A DNA stretch of 64,000 bases from an uncultured Armatimonadetes bacterium (GTDB taxonomy: Bacteria > Armatimonadota > Hebobacteria > Hebobacterales > Hebobacteraceae). Positions 38,201-48,653 of this stretch are shown here, piece by piece. A program made the translations under genes and the position numbers. Below the pieces are notes generated by a model that made no database searches, was not told the origin of the DNA, and was given only the letters and a program-made list of their open reading frames with translations. Numbering within the stretch: the first letter of the stretch is position 1; the number at the start of each line of letters is the position of its first letter. Location of the stretch: assembly GCA_963716175.1 (NCBI GenBank), contig OY970296.1, positions 3,808,001 to 3,872,000 on the forward strand, in the 5' to 3' direction.

Positions 38201-39497
38201 TCACTCCTTCCTCAGCCGCGCCTGCATCGCCTTGATGTGCCCGTCCAGCCCCTCCAGGGCGGCGAGGGGTCGCACGATGTGCATGTGATCCTGCACCGCC
38301 TCCTTCGAGGTGTAGATCACGCTCGATCGCTTGAAGAAATCTATGGTGGCGAGACCCGAGGAGAACCGCGCCGTCCGACCGGTGGGCAGCGCGTGGGAGG
38401 GCCCGATCACATAGTCCCCCAGGGTCACCGGCGAAGACGCGCCCACACAGATGCAGCCTGCGTTCCGAATCTTGGGCAGCACCGAGAACGGGCTCTCGGT
38501 GCAGATCTGCACGTGCTCGAAGGCCAGCTCGTTCACCACCGCGATCGCCTCCTCCAGATCTCTGGTAACCACGATCGCGCCTCTCTCCTCCAGCGCCTGC
38601 CAAGCGACTGCCTTCCGGTTCAGCTTCTGCACCTGCTTGCTGATCTCGTTCTGCACCGGCTCCACCAGAGAGCGCGCCGGCGTGACCAGGATCGCCGCCG
38701 AGTCGGTCATGTGCTCGGCCTGGGCCAGCAGATCGGCCGCGATCAGCCGCGGCTCCGCCTTGTCGTCCGCCAGGATCACCACCTCGGAGGGGCCATAGAG
38801 CCCATCTATCCCCACCACTCCATAGACCATCTTCTTCGCCAGCATCACCCAGATGCTGCCCGGCCCGAAGATCTTGTCCACCTTCGGCACCGTCGCCGTG
38901 CCGTAGGCCAGCGCCGCGATCGCCTGCGCTCCGCCTACCTTGAAGATAGTCGTGACGCCCATCGCGTCCATGGTCGCCAGCGTGGCGGGATGCACCCCAC
39001 CGGCCTTGTCGGCCGGCGTCACCACTACGATCTCCTCCACTCCTGCCACCTGGGCCGGCGCCACGGTCATGATCACGGAAGAGGGATAGGCGGCAGTGAA
39101 CCCAGGGATATGCACCCCGATGCGCTGGATCGGCGTGAACTTCTGGCCCAATAGCGTGCCCAGTTGCCGCAGGTCGAACCAATCACCCGGCCGCTGCTTC
39201 TCGTGGTAGGTGCGGACGTGCTCCACGGCCCCGGCCACCGCCTCCAGGAAATCCGCTCCCGCGATCTCCCGCGCCTGCGCCCGCTCCGCCTCCGTCACGG
39301 GCATCCGCTCCGCAGTCATGTCAGGGCAGTCGAACTTGCCGCGTGTACTCCAGCAGCGCCTCGTCCCCGCGGGCGCGCACCGCCTCGACGATCTCCCGCA
39401 CCACCGCCTCTTGCTCTGCTGCCTCCTGCAGGAAGGGCGCCGAGAGCTCGTCCGCCACCTGTCTGGGAGTCCGCCGCCGGGTTGTGATAATCCGCAT
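38201..39497 (-). CDS. hisD: Histidinol dehydrogenase, frameshifted near 39339
   Basis: GDEALLEYT upstream, then KFD in a shifted frame; GGAQAIAALAYG, GPSE, AQAEH. Confidence 0.9.
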
Positions 39498-39582
39498 CAG
39501 CCAGTCCTTCTCTCAGCCACAGACGAACGTAGATGAACTCGGATAGGGGCCCGGATATATCTCACATACCTGTAGATGGCTA

Positions 39583-39966
39583 CTAGCAGACAATACGTCT
39601 GATCTCCAGTTTCGGCCGGCCGAAGTTGAGGAGCAAGCACAAGGGAAGGCCGGTAGCTTTGAGGTAGTTCAGGCATTGGGCCATGTGTGGCTCTCCCAGC
39701 GTGCTGGTCGCTTTCAGTTCGACGACGATGCATTCCTCCACCAGCAGATCAGCCGCGAACTCGCCAATGACCCGGCCATCGTACCGCACTTCAACGCCAT
39801 GCTGCTGCACCACGCGGAGACCAGCCTTGCGCAGCTCCAGTGCGAGTGCGTTCTCGTATACCTTCTCCAGGAAGCCGCACCCGAGAGTGTTGCTGACGGT
39901 GAAAGCGCAACCGATAATCGCTTGCGTAATTTCGTTCAGCTTTGATCTGTGTGTATCTGTGTCCAT
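39583..39966 (-). CDS. GxxExxY protein (PD-(D/E)xK nuclease fold)
   Basis: LGCGFLEKVYENAL, ADLLVE, VELKA, QCLNYL, LLNFG. Confidence 0.9.
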   Translation of the reverse strand: MDTDTHRSKLNEITQAIIGCAFTVSNTLGCGFLEKVYENALALELRKAGLRVVQQHGVEVRYDGRVIGEFAADLLVEECIVVELKATSTLGEPHMAQCLNYLKATGLPLCLLLNFGRPKLEIRRIVC

Positions 39967-39976
39967 CTGTGGCTAA

Positions 39977-42900
39977 CTACTCCACCCAGATCGCTCCCTC
40001 CCCCAGCAGCCGCCGCACCGCCTCCGCGAACCTGTCGTCGTGGGCCACCAGGTACTCCCGCCCCAGTCGCAGCCTGCGCTCCTCCCGTTCGATCTGCACG
40101 TGCAACAGCACCTCGGTGTCGCCCCGGAACCGCCCGATCATGTCGCGCAGCTGCGTCATGGTTTCCGGCGGCGCGTCTTCCGGCAGCCGGATGTGCACCT
40201 GGGTCGCCGCATCGGCGGCGCCGGCGTCTGAGGCCCCCGCCTTCTCCGCCGCCTCCTCACTGTGAGTCCGCGGTTCGCCGTCCGCGCCCTGGCCTGGCCG
40301 AGACCTGCGCAGCCGGCGCGAGGGCCGGCCGTTGCGCATTGCGCTCCCATTGCGCAGTCGCTGGACCGCGTCCTCGTCCTTCAAGACAGCTATCTCGTCT
40401 GCGAGCAGCTCGTGCTTGGACCCTCCCTCTCGTTCCTCTCGCCATCTCTCGCTCATCTGCCCGCGCCCGCGCACCACGACGATCGTGTTCTCCGCCAGCA
40501 CCCCACTGAATCTTTCGTAAGGCTCGGGCAGCAGCGTCGCCTCGACAACCCCCGTCAGGTCTTCCAGGGTAAAGTGCGCGATCATCTTTCCGCTGCGGGT
40601 CACGCGCTTGCGCACCGAGGTCACGATCCCGCCCACGATCACCGCGCCCTCTCGCCGGCCCTCGCTCACTTCGACCGCCACGGCCGTGGTCAATCCGGAG
40701 AGTTGCTTCTGCACCGCCTCCAGGGGATGCCCGGAGAGGTAAGCGCCGAGGAGCTCTTTCTCCATCGCCAGCAGCTCTGCGGGTGAGAATTGCACCGCCG
40801 CCGGCAAGGGCGGGGAAGGCGGCTCCCCCTCCCCCGCGCTGTCGAGCGCGCCAAAGAGCGAGCTCTGGCCCGCGGCCCGGTCGCGCTGCAGCCGCGCCCC
40901 CCACTCCAGGGCCTGGTCAACCGCGGCCACCTGCGCAGCACGCGATCCGGGCAGGCTGGATACCGCTCCCGCCCGCGCTAGGCTCTCCAAGGCCAGCTTG
41001 TTCAGCTTGCCTGGCTCCACCCGCCCGCACAACTCGTACAGGTCACGGAAGCGCCCATGCTCGGCCCGTTCCGCCGCGACCGCCTCCACCGCCACTCGGC
41101 TCACGTGCTTCACACCGGCGAGCCCGAAGCGAATCCTCCCCTCCTCCACCGTGAACGCAGCTCCGCTCGCATTCACATCTGGCGGCAGCACTTCGATGCC
41201 CATACGCCGGCACTCCTGAACGTAGGCCGCCACTTTGCCCTTGTCATCCATGATGCTCGTGAACTGAGCGGCCATAAACTCCGGTGCATAGTGCGCTTTC
41301 AGGTAGGCAGTCTGATAGGCGTTGATGGCGTAGCTGGCCGAATGCGCCTTGTTGAAGCCATACCCCGCGAACTCGGCCATCTGGCCGAACAGCGTCTCCG
41401 CGGTCTTCCTGGGGATACCGTTCCCGGAGGCCCCGTCCAGGAACTCCTCACGGACTTTCGCCATGTCCTCTTGCTTCTTCTTGCGCATGGCGAATAGCAG
41501 CGATTCCGCCGAGGCCATGGACAGCCCTGCCAGCTGCCGCGCGATCTCCATCACCTGCTCCTGGTAGACGATCACCCCATAGGTCTCTTTCAGGATCGGC
41601 TCCAGCTTCGCGTGCAGGTAGCTGATATCACGGAGACCGTGCTTCCCCGCGATGTAGTTCGGGATCTGCGCCATCGGGCCCGGCCGGTAGAGCGCCACCA
41701 GCGCGATGATATCCTCCAACCCGCCCGGCTTGAGCTCTGTCACCACCTGGCGCATGCCGCTGCTCTCGAGCTGGAACACCCCCGCGGTCTCGCCCCGCGA
41801 GAGCAGCTCGAAGGTCGCAGCGTCGTCGAAGGGGATGTTGTCGAGGTCTATCTCCACGCCCCTGCGCCGGATCAGCTCCAGCGCATGCTTGATCACCGAC
41901 AGCGTGCGCAGCCCCAGGATGTCCATCTTCAGCAGGCCTACGTCGGTCACCGCGGTCATGTCGAACTGGGTCGTCACCCCCTCGCCTTCGGTCGAGCGCT
42001 GCAGCGGCACCACCTGCCTGAGCGGCTCCCGCGAGATCACCACCCCGGCGGCATGAGTAGAGGCGTGCCGCGCCAGACCCTCGATCCCCATCGCGGTGTT
42101 GAGCAGGTTGCGCACCTCCCCGCTCTCCTCGTACTCCCGCGCCAGGTCCGGGTTCTTCTCCACCGACTCCCGGATGGGCCGCATGGCGTCAATCATCTTG
42201 GCGATCCGGTCCACCTCCCGGATCGGCACCCGCATCGCCCGTCCCGCATCTCGCACTGCCAGGCGCGGACCCATGGTGCCGAAGGTGATGATCTGCGCCA
42301 CATGCTCCGCACCGTACTTCTCAGCGATGTACCGGATCACCTCATCTCGCCGCTCGTCCTCGAAATCGCAGTCCACATCGGGCATCGAGAGGCGCTCGGG
42401 GTTGACGAAGCGCTCGAACGGAATCCCGAACCTGATGGGGTCTATGCCGGTCACCCCCAGCAGGTAGAGGATGATGCTTCCCGGCGCCGAGCCCCGGCCC
42501 GGTCCCACCAGAATGGCGCGCTCGCGGGCGAATCGGTACAGGTCCCACGTTATCAGGATGTAGGTGGAGAGACCCTTGTCGGCGATGATCTTAAGCTCGT
42601 AGTCGAGCCGTTCCCGCACTGACTGCGCCCTGCCCGGATAGCGGCGGGAGAGCTGCTCCAGGCAGAGCTGGCGCAGGTAGGAATCTGGCGTCTGCCCCGG
42701 CGGCACCGAGAAGTCCGGCAGCACCACCTTGCCGAACTCAAGCTCCACCTGGCAGCGCTGCGCGATCTCGCCCGCGTTGACCAGCGCCTGCGGCCATTGC
42801 GCGAATAGGGCTGCCATCTCCTCCGGGGACTTGAAGTAGAACTGGTCGCTGCCAAACCGCAGCCGCTTGGGGTCATCCACCGTCGAGTTGGTCTGCACGC

Positions 42901-43585
42901 AGAGCAGCACGTCGTGGCTCCGGGCGTCCTCCGCCTGCAGGTAGTGCACATCGTTGGTGGCCACCAGTCCCAGCCCCAGTTCCTGGGCGATCCGCGCCTG
43001 GCCGGCATTCGCCTTCGCTTGCTCGGGGATGCCGTGATCCTGCAGCTCCAGGAAGAAGCGATCTCGCCCGAACAGGTCGCGGTACTCGCCGGCCAGCCGC
43101 CGCGCCTCCGCCTCCCGGTCCTGCAGGATGAGGCTGGCAATCTCTCCAGTCAAGCAAGCGCTGGTGGCGATCAGCCCCTTGGCGTATCGGCTGAGCAGCT
43201 CCCGGTCAACCCGCGGCTTGTAGTAAAAGCCCTCGAGGTGGCTATCAGTCACCAAGCCCATCAGGTTGTGGTAGCCAGTGAGGTCTTCGGCCAGCACCAC
43301 CAGATGCCGCAGGTCCGAGTCCGTCTTTCCCTCGCGGTCGAAGCGGCTGCGGGGCGCGACATACACCTCGCACCCGATGATGGGCCTCACGCCTCGTCTC
43401 TGGCAGGCCTTGTGGAAAGGAATCACCCCGTAGAGCGCGCCATGATCCGTGATGGCGACACCGCTCAGGCCGAACTGGGCGGCGCGAGCGGCCAGGTCGT
43501 CAATGCGGCAGGCGCCGTCCAGAAGGCTGTACTCGGTGTGCACGTGAAGGTGCGCGAAGCGGGGGCTATCGCTCGGCTGCGACAC
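39977..43585 (-). CDS. dnaE: DNA polymerase III alpha subunit
   Basis: HLHVHTEYSLLDG, PDVDCDF, YGFNKAHS; no intein apparent. Confidence 0.97.
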   Translation of the reverse strand: MSQPSDSPRFAHLHVHTEYSLLDGACRIDDLAARAAQFGLSGVAITDHGALYGVIPFHKACQRRGVRPIIGCEVYVAPRSRFDREGKTDSDLRHLVVLAEDLTGYHNLMGLVTDSHLEGFYYKPRVDRELLSRYAKGLIATSACLTGEIASLILQDREAEARRLAGEYRDLFGRDRFFLELQDHGIPEQAKANAGQARIAQELGLGLVATNDVHYLQAEDARSHDVLLCVQTNSTVDDPKRLRFGSDQFYFKSPEEMAALFAQWPQALVNAGEIAQRCQVELEFGKVVLPDFSVPPGQTPDSYLRQLCLEQLSRRYPGRAQSVRERLDYELKIIADKGLSTYILITWDLYRFARERAILVGPGRGSAPGSIILYLLGVTGIDPIRFGIPFERFVNPERLSMPDVDCDFEDERRDEVIRYIAEKYGAEHVAQIITFGTMGPRLAVRDAGRAMRVPIREVDRIAKMIDAMRPIRESVEKNPDLAREYEESGEVRNLLNTAMGIEGLARHASTHAAGVVISREPLRQVVPLQRSTEGEGVTTQFDMTAVTDVGLLKMDILGLRTLSVIKHALELIRRRGVEIDLDNIPFDDAATFELLSRGETAGVFQLESSGMRQVVTELKPGGLEDIIALVALYRPGPMAQIPNYIAGKHGLRDISYLHAKLEPILKETYGVIVYQEQVMEIARQLAGLSMASAESLLFAMRKKKQEDMAKVREEFLDGASGNGIPRKTAETLFGQMAEFAGYGFNKAHSASYAINAYQTAYLKAHYAPEFMAAQFTSIMDDKGKVAAYVQECRRMGIEVLPPDVNASGAAFTVEEGRIRFGLAGVKHVSRVAVEAVAAERAEHGRFRDLYELCGRVEPGKLNKLALESLARAGAVSSLPGSRAAQVAAVDQALEWGARLQRDRAAGQSSLFGALDSAGEGEPPSPPLPAAVQFSPAELLAMEKELLGAYLSGHPLEAVQKQLSGLTTAVAVEVSEGRREGAVIVGGIVTSVRKRVTRSGKMIAHFTLEDLTGVVEATLLPEPYERFSGVLAENTIVVVRGRGQMSERWREEREGGSKHELLADEIAVLKDEDAVQRLRNGSAMRNGRPSRRLRRSRPGQGADGEPRTHSEEAAEKAGASDAGAADAATQVHIRLPEDAPPETMTQLRDMIGRFRGDTEVLLHVQIEREERRLRLGREYLVAHDDRFAEAVRRLLGEGAIWVE

Positions 43586-43784
43586 CGTGGTCTCCTTTGA
43601 TCACTGAGCCGGACCGCCAGGTGAGGCCGGCGGCGCGACTCGGTCTGCGATGCTGGTGCGAACGGGGCCCGCCCTCCTCGCCACGGCGGACCGGATCAGC
43701 GGCCGGATTATAGCACGGCCGGTCTGGGGCGTAAACCGAGTGGCCGCGCGACTTCCGGCAGAGGTCGAGAAGCCCACAGAGTAC

Positions 43785-44144
43785 CTATAGACTCCGCATC
43801 GGACGCAGGCGCACGCGCCACTCAGTCACTACCGCGAAGTGGCCCGGAAGCCGGCCTTCTAGGGCGGGCAGCAACCTCATCAGCACAGATGCTTTCTGAG
43901 CGCCATCCTGAGCATCAAGGCGCAGCAGGATTACGCCTACTGGCAACCGTTTCTCACGATAGGCCATCTCGCCGAAATCCTTGTCGTTCGTGAGCACGAG
44001 CCGCGACTCGCGCCCTGCGAGGTCCAGCACCTCCCCGCCACTGGACCCAGGCGCCACGTCGGTGATGTAGGTGACATCGTGGCCTGCCTTGCGCAGCGCA
44101 GTGACAATCGGCTCCTGAACGTTCTCGTCGGCAACCAGTCTCAT
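43785..44144 (-). CDS. DUF5615 PIN-like toxin
   Basis: LVADENV, LTNDKDFG. Confidence 0.85.
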   Translation of the reverse strand: MRLVADENVQEPIVTALRKAGHDVTYITDVAPGSSGGEVLDLAGRESRLVLTNDKDFGEMAYREKRLPVGVILLRLDAQDGAQKASVLMRLLPALEGRLPGHFAVVTEWRVRLRPMRSL

Positions 44145-44380
44145 TCGGGAGCGCCTGCCGCAATGATCTCCTCCGATCCCACCGCGTCCGAAGCATAGGC
44201 GAGCGCAGCCTGCACGTCTTCTCGCGTGAGCCGAGGATAGTCCCGCAGGACTGCCTCAACACTGACATCTGCGGCCAGCTTGCGTAGGATCTGCTCCACT
44301 GGGATTCGCGTGCCTCGCACCACGGGCTTGCCAAGCATCACCTGCGGGTTGGTCTCGATCCTGTCTCTCCAGTCCACCAT
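44141..44380 (-). CDS. DUF433 antitoxin
   Basis: [28 protein letters not shown]; ATGA overlap with the toxin. Confidence 0.9.
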   Translation of the reverse strand: MVDWRDRIETNPQVMLGKPVVRGTRIPVEQILRKLAADVSVEAVLRDYPRLTREDVQAALAYASDAVGSEEIIAAGAPE

Positions 44381-44542
44381 CGGTGCCTCCTTGCCCCTGT
44401 CGCAGCGCCCGGCCAGATGCTCTACCCCGCATTCGCAGACCCACTTCGCTCGTTCGTGGCCGGGTTCCTCCCCAATCCCGCGCCGGGCTGTTGGCTGGGC
44501 CAACGCTTGACGGCCGGCCGCACGCTGTTACAATCACCCGAT

Positions 44543-45001
44543 ATGAGCTGTCTGCATCGCCGCCGTTCCGCCTTCACCCTGATCGAGATGCTGGTCGTGA
44601 TCGCCATCATCGCTATCCTGGCCGGCATCATCCTGGCGGTTGGGGTGAAGTCCGTGCAGAAGACCAGGGCGACCTGGTGCCTGAACAACATGCGCCAGAT
44701 CGGGATGGCGGAGATAGGTCTATCCATGTCGCCCCTGATGGCGCGGGACCGCTCCGAGATCATCCACTGCCCCGCCGGGCCGCCAGGGCCGAACTACGGT
44801 CACAACCGCTACGTCCGCTCTCTCAGCCAGGTCTCGGACACGGCCCGCACCGTCTACCTCTACGAGAGCAAAGGCCAGGACACCGGCGACGAGTCAGATG
44901 TGGAGCCGCGACACCTGGGTGGGAGCAACTTCGTGTTCTGCGACGGGCACGCCAAGTGGTCGAAGGAGATCCCGCCCTTCCGGCTGCCGGGACGTGGCTA
45001 G
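44543..45001 (+). CDS. Prepilin-type N-terminal cleavage / H-X9-DG domain protein
   Basis: [40 protein letters not shown]. Confidence 0.85.
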   Translation: MSCLHRRRSAFTLIEMLVVIAIIAILAGIILAVGVKSVQKTRATWCLNNMRQIGMAEIGLSMSPLMARDRSEIIHCPAGPPGPNYGHNRYVRSLSQVSDTARTVYLYESKGQDTGDESDVEPRHLGGSNFVFCDGHAKWSKEIPPFRLPGRG

Positions 45002-45060
45002 AGCGCATTTCATAACCTACCTGCTGGCTGGCCACACCACGCCCTCGCATGAAACGCGCT

Positions 45061-46586
45061 CTAGTATGACTGCACCCGCTCTTCGGCCCGCCTCAGCCTT
45101 CGCAGCACCGCCTCCTTGCCCAGGACCACCATCAAGGCGAAGAGCCCCGGCCCCGCGGTGCGGCCGGTCACTGCCAGCCGGAGGCTGTGGATCACTGGGC
45201 CCGCGCCGCCCGATCTCTCCCCGACCTCTCGTACCGCCGCCTCCACGGTCTTCTCATCGAAGCTGGCCACACCCTCCAACGTGGTGCGCACAGCCGCCAG
45301 CAAGTCCGCGGCGCCAGGCCGTCGGAACCACTTGCGCTCACCCTTCTCATCATAGCCTGGTGGCTCCCGGAAGAAGAACTCTGTCAGCTCGGGGATCTCC
45401 GCCAGCGTCTTGGCGCGCTCCTGTTCCAGCATCAGCGCCCGGCCTACCTGTTCTCGTGGGAACGCGCTCAGGTCCAGGCCAGCTTGCTCCAGGAAAGGCC
45501 TCGCCCACGCGACATATTCCTCCGGAGACAAGCGCCGCAGGTAGAGGCCATTCATCCAGTTCAGCTTCTCCAGGTCGAAGACCGCACCCGATTTGCCAAC
45601 GCCCTCCAGGGAGAACTCCGCGATCATCTCCCCCGTGTCAGCACCTCCCGATCTTCGCCTGGCGACCAGCCCAGCAGGGCGATGAAGTTCATCACCGCCT
45701 CCGGCAGATAGCCCCGTTCCCGATACTCGGTGAGGGAGGTGGCCCCGTGGCGTTTGGACAGCTTGGAGCGATCGGGCCCCAGGATCAACGGGATGTGAGC
45801 GAACTGGGGCAGCGGCCAGCCCAGGGCGCGGTAGATATGGATCTGGCGGGGAGTGGCCGAGATCAGATCCTCGCCCCGGATCACATGCGAGATGCGCATA
45901 TCGTGGTCATCCACCACCACTGCCAGCAGATAGGTGGGGAATCCGTCCGCCTTCACGAGCACGAAATCGTCGAGCAGATTGTTCTCGAAGCTGACCTCGC
46001 CCCGGATCAGGTCGTGCCAGGCCACAGTCCCCTCGTCAGGGACGACGAACCGGGTGGCTTTCGGTCTGCCCTCCGCCTCCAGCCGGGCGCGTGCTGCGGC
46101 CGAGAGCCCGCGGCAGCGCCGGTCGTAGCGTGGCGGCAGGCCCTGGCGCTCCATAGCTTGGCGGCGCTCGGCCAGCTCCTCGGGGGTGCAGTAACATGGA
46201 TAAGCGAGGCCTTTCTCCAGTAGCAACCGTGCGACTTCCTGGTAGCGCGGCAGCTTCTGCGACTGGAAGTAAGGCCCATAGGGTCCTCCGACCTCCGGCC
46301 CCTCATCCCAATCGAGCCCGAGCCAGCGGATTCCCTCCAGGATGTCCCACGCGAACTCCGGAGAGGAGCGGGCCTGATCGCTGTCCTCCATCCGCAGCAC
46401 GAAGGCACCGCCGTGGTGACGGGCGAAAAGCCAGTTATAGAGCGTGGTACGGGCGAGGCCGATATGGAAGCGCCCGGTGGGAGCAGGCGCCATGCGCACC
46501 CGGATGCCCGAGGGAGCACAGCTCGTGCTTTCGCCCAGTTCGCACTCAGCAAGCGCGGGCTTCGCCCACGCCGGGGTTGTGGTCAT
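45061..46586 (-). CDS. gltX: Glutamate--tRNA ligase, frameshifted in the G-run at 45630-45634
   Basis: [16 protein letters not shown]; anticodon domain in ORF 45061-45627. Confidence 0.92.
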
Positions 46587-46744
46587 GGTATCCGTCAGCA
46601 CAGGGGCAGGAGACCCGCGTCTCCTGCCGGAGATCAGGCTTCTTCCCTGCCCGCAGGATTATAGCATGCCGGGCCGGGCGGCGAAACATAGCCCTGCAAT
46701 CGCGAGCGTGAGCAGGCGCGAGGTAATAGAGAGCGAGGCGATCT

Positions 46745-47182
46745 ATGGCCACCCACGGAGCGCAGGCGAGTCGCGCCAAGTCGCAGCCCAGAAAGCCCCT
46801 ATGGAGTTGCTGGAAGTGGGACCGGCTGGCGACGGGCCTGCTGCTGGCAGCAGGGGCCGGCGCGGTGTTCGGTCACGCCTGGAGCGCGGAGAACACGGCC
46901 TGGTGGTGGGTGGGATCCGTCACCCTCCCTGCTGGCCTGCTGCTGATCCTATCCGGCGTCTATGCGCGGGGCCAGGCTCGCCCGGGGGTCGCGCCTCCGC
47001 TGGGCGAGCTCCTGGTGCAGAAAGGATGGATCACAGAGGGCCAGCTCGGCAATGCCCTGGTCCGGCACTACCACGCCAAGCAGCCCCTGGGACAGGTGCT
47101 GGTCGAGATGAAGCTGATCACTCCGTCTCAACTGGCGCGGGCGCTGCAAGAACAGCTTGAGCGCAGACAACCGCCCGGGTAG
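46745..47182 (+). CDS. Membrane protein with MshEN-like C-terminal domain
   Basis: Two TM helices, then PLGELLVQKGWITEGQLGNAL and PLGQVLVEMKLITPSQLARALQEQ. Confidence 0.7.
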   Translation: MATHGAQASRAKSQPRKPLWSCWKWDRLATGLLLAAGAGAVFGHAWSAENTAWWWVGSVTLPAGLLLILSGVYARGQARPGVAPPLGELLVQKGWITEGQLGNALVRHYHAKQPLGQVLVEMKLITPSQLARALQEQLERRQPPG

Positions 47183-47212
47183 GGCCTGCAGGGCGCGCAT
47201 ACCCGCCGGACC

Positions 47213-48484
47213 TCAGGAGCTTCGGCGACTCGTGACCTCCGACTCGTAGCGCTGCACTTCGGCCATCCACTCCCTGCCCGCGGGTACGCCTGAGCTGGCG
47301 CAGTAGTAGTCCCACACCGCGCCCAGCGGCAGCGTCTTTGCCTCCTCCATCAGCGCCAGCCGCGCGAAGTTGTCGCCTGCTTCCTCCGCCTCCTGCAGCT
47401 TCTGCCGCGGCTCCAGCAGCGCGGCCAGCAGGGCCTTCAACACCGCCCTCCCGCCGATCACCCAGGCCCCCACCCGGTTCATGCTGGCATCGAAGAAGTC
47501 CGACGCCAGATGCACTCGCTCCAGCGCCTGCCCCCGCACGATCTCCTCCATCACCGCCCTTACCGCGTCATCGAGCACCACCACATGGTCGCTGTCCCAC
47601 CGCAGACCTCGGCTGAGGTGCAGCAGCAGCTCATCCGAGAACTCCAGCAGGGCCGATATCTTGTCCGCGATGGATTCCGTGGGATGGAAGTGCCCGGTGT
47701 CGAGGCAGATCATCTTCCCCTTGGCCAGCGCGTAGCCCACATAGAACTCGTGGCTCCCCACCACGTAGGCCTCGCTGCCGATCCCGAACAGCTTGCTCTC
47801 CACCGAATCCTTCATCTCCTGGGGTGAGTAGTCCGTGGCGTAGATCGCATCCAGCGATTCCCGCAGCCGCCTGCGCGGCGCCCAGCGGTCGGCCGGGGCC
47901 TCCTTCGAGCCATCGGGGATCCAGAGGTTATGAATGCACGGGCTCGCCAGCTCCCGCCCGAAGTAGGCGGCAATGGCGCGGCAGCGTTCCACGTGCTGGA
48001 TCCAGAACTCCCGGATGCCCTGCTCCCGGTGGCTCAGCGTCCAGCCATCATCGGCCTTGGGATGAGAGAACAGCGTGGGGTTGAGGTCGAGCTGCAGCCC
48101 TTGCGCTCTTGCCCAGGCCACCCAGCCGCCGAAGTGCTCGCGCCCGATCTCATCCCGGTCCACCTTCTTGCCCCCGAATTCCCCGTACATAGCGTGCAGG
48201 GCCACTCGGTGGTGGCCGGGAAGAAGGGAGAAGACCTGCTCCAGGTCCATCCGCAGCTCCTCAACTGTCCTCGCCCTTCCCGGGTGCTTCCCGGTCACCT
48301 GGATCCCACCTCCAGACAGCGCGGCCCCGGGCCTCTCGAACCCCCCGATGTCGTCTCCTTGCCAGCAGTGCAAGGACAGCGAAACACTCTCCAGCCGCCT
48401 CAGCGCGCCCGCCACCTCCACGCCAAGCTCGGCATAGCGCTCCTGAGCCAGCTGGTAAGATCTCGCTGTGCTGTCTCCCGCCAT
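47213..48484 (-). CDS. rhaA: L-rhamnose isomerase
   Basis: SLHCWQGDD, VESKLFGIGSE, DTGHFHPTE, WDSDHVV. Confidence 0.93.
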   Translation of the reverse strand: MAGDSTARSYQLAQERYAELGVEVAGALRRLESVSLSLHCWQGDDIGGFERPGAALSGGGIQVTGKHPGRARTVEELRMDLEQVFSLLPGHHRVALHAMYGEFGGKKVDRDEIGREHFGGWVAWARAQGLQLDLNPTLFSHPKADDGWTLSHREQGIREFWIQHVERCRAIAAYFGRELASPCIHNLWIPDGSKEAPADRWAPRRRLRESLDAIYATDYSPQEMKDSVESKLFGIGSEAYVVGSHEFYVGYALAKGKMICLDTGHFHPTESIADKISALLEFSDELLLHLSRGLRWDSDHVVVLDDAVRAVMEEIVRGQALERVHLASDFFDASMNRVGAWVIGGRAVLKALLAALLEPRQKLQEAEEAGDNFARLALMEEAKTLPLGAVWDYYCASSGVPAGREWMAEVQRYESEVTSRRSS

Positions 48485-48547
48485 GGTCTGCTCCTCTCGC
48501 CTTGGTGCATTCGCCGAAGCAGGCCGAGTTCACCTCTCACAGCATCA

Positions 48548-48642
48548 ATCCACAGATTGCGCAGATGGCGCAGATCGAGAACCAGACGCCCACCCGCCGG
48601 TGCGGGTGGGCGTCTTCTGTGGTATCTGCGTAATCTGCGGAT
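48548..48642. repeat. Inverted 9-mer tandem repeats enclosing a 14-bp hairpin
   Basis: (CRCAGAT)x3, AGACGCCCACCCGC/GCGGGTGGGCGTCT, (ATCTGYG)x3 with one degenerate unit. Confidence 0.65.
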
Positions 48643-48653
48643 CGCCCTTGCTG

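Noticed and set aside
45624-45640. Programmed frameshift or truly split gltX
   Set aside because: Simple G-run deletion with no slippery heptamer; similar indels elsewhere point to assembly error
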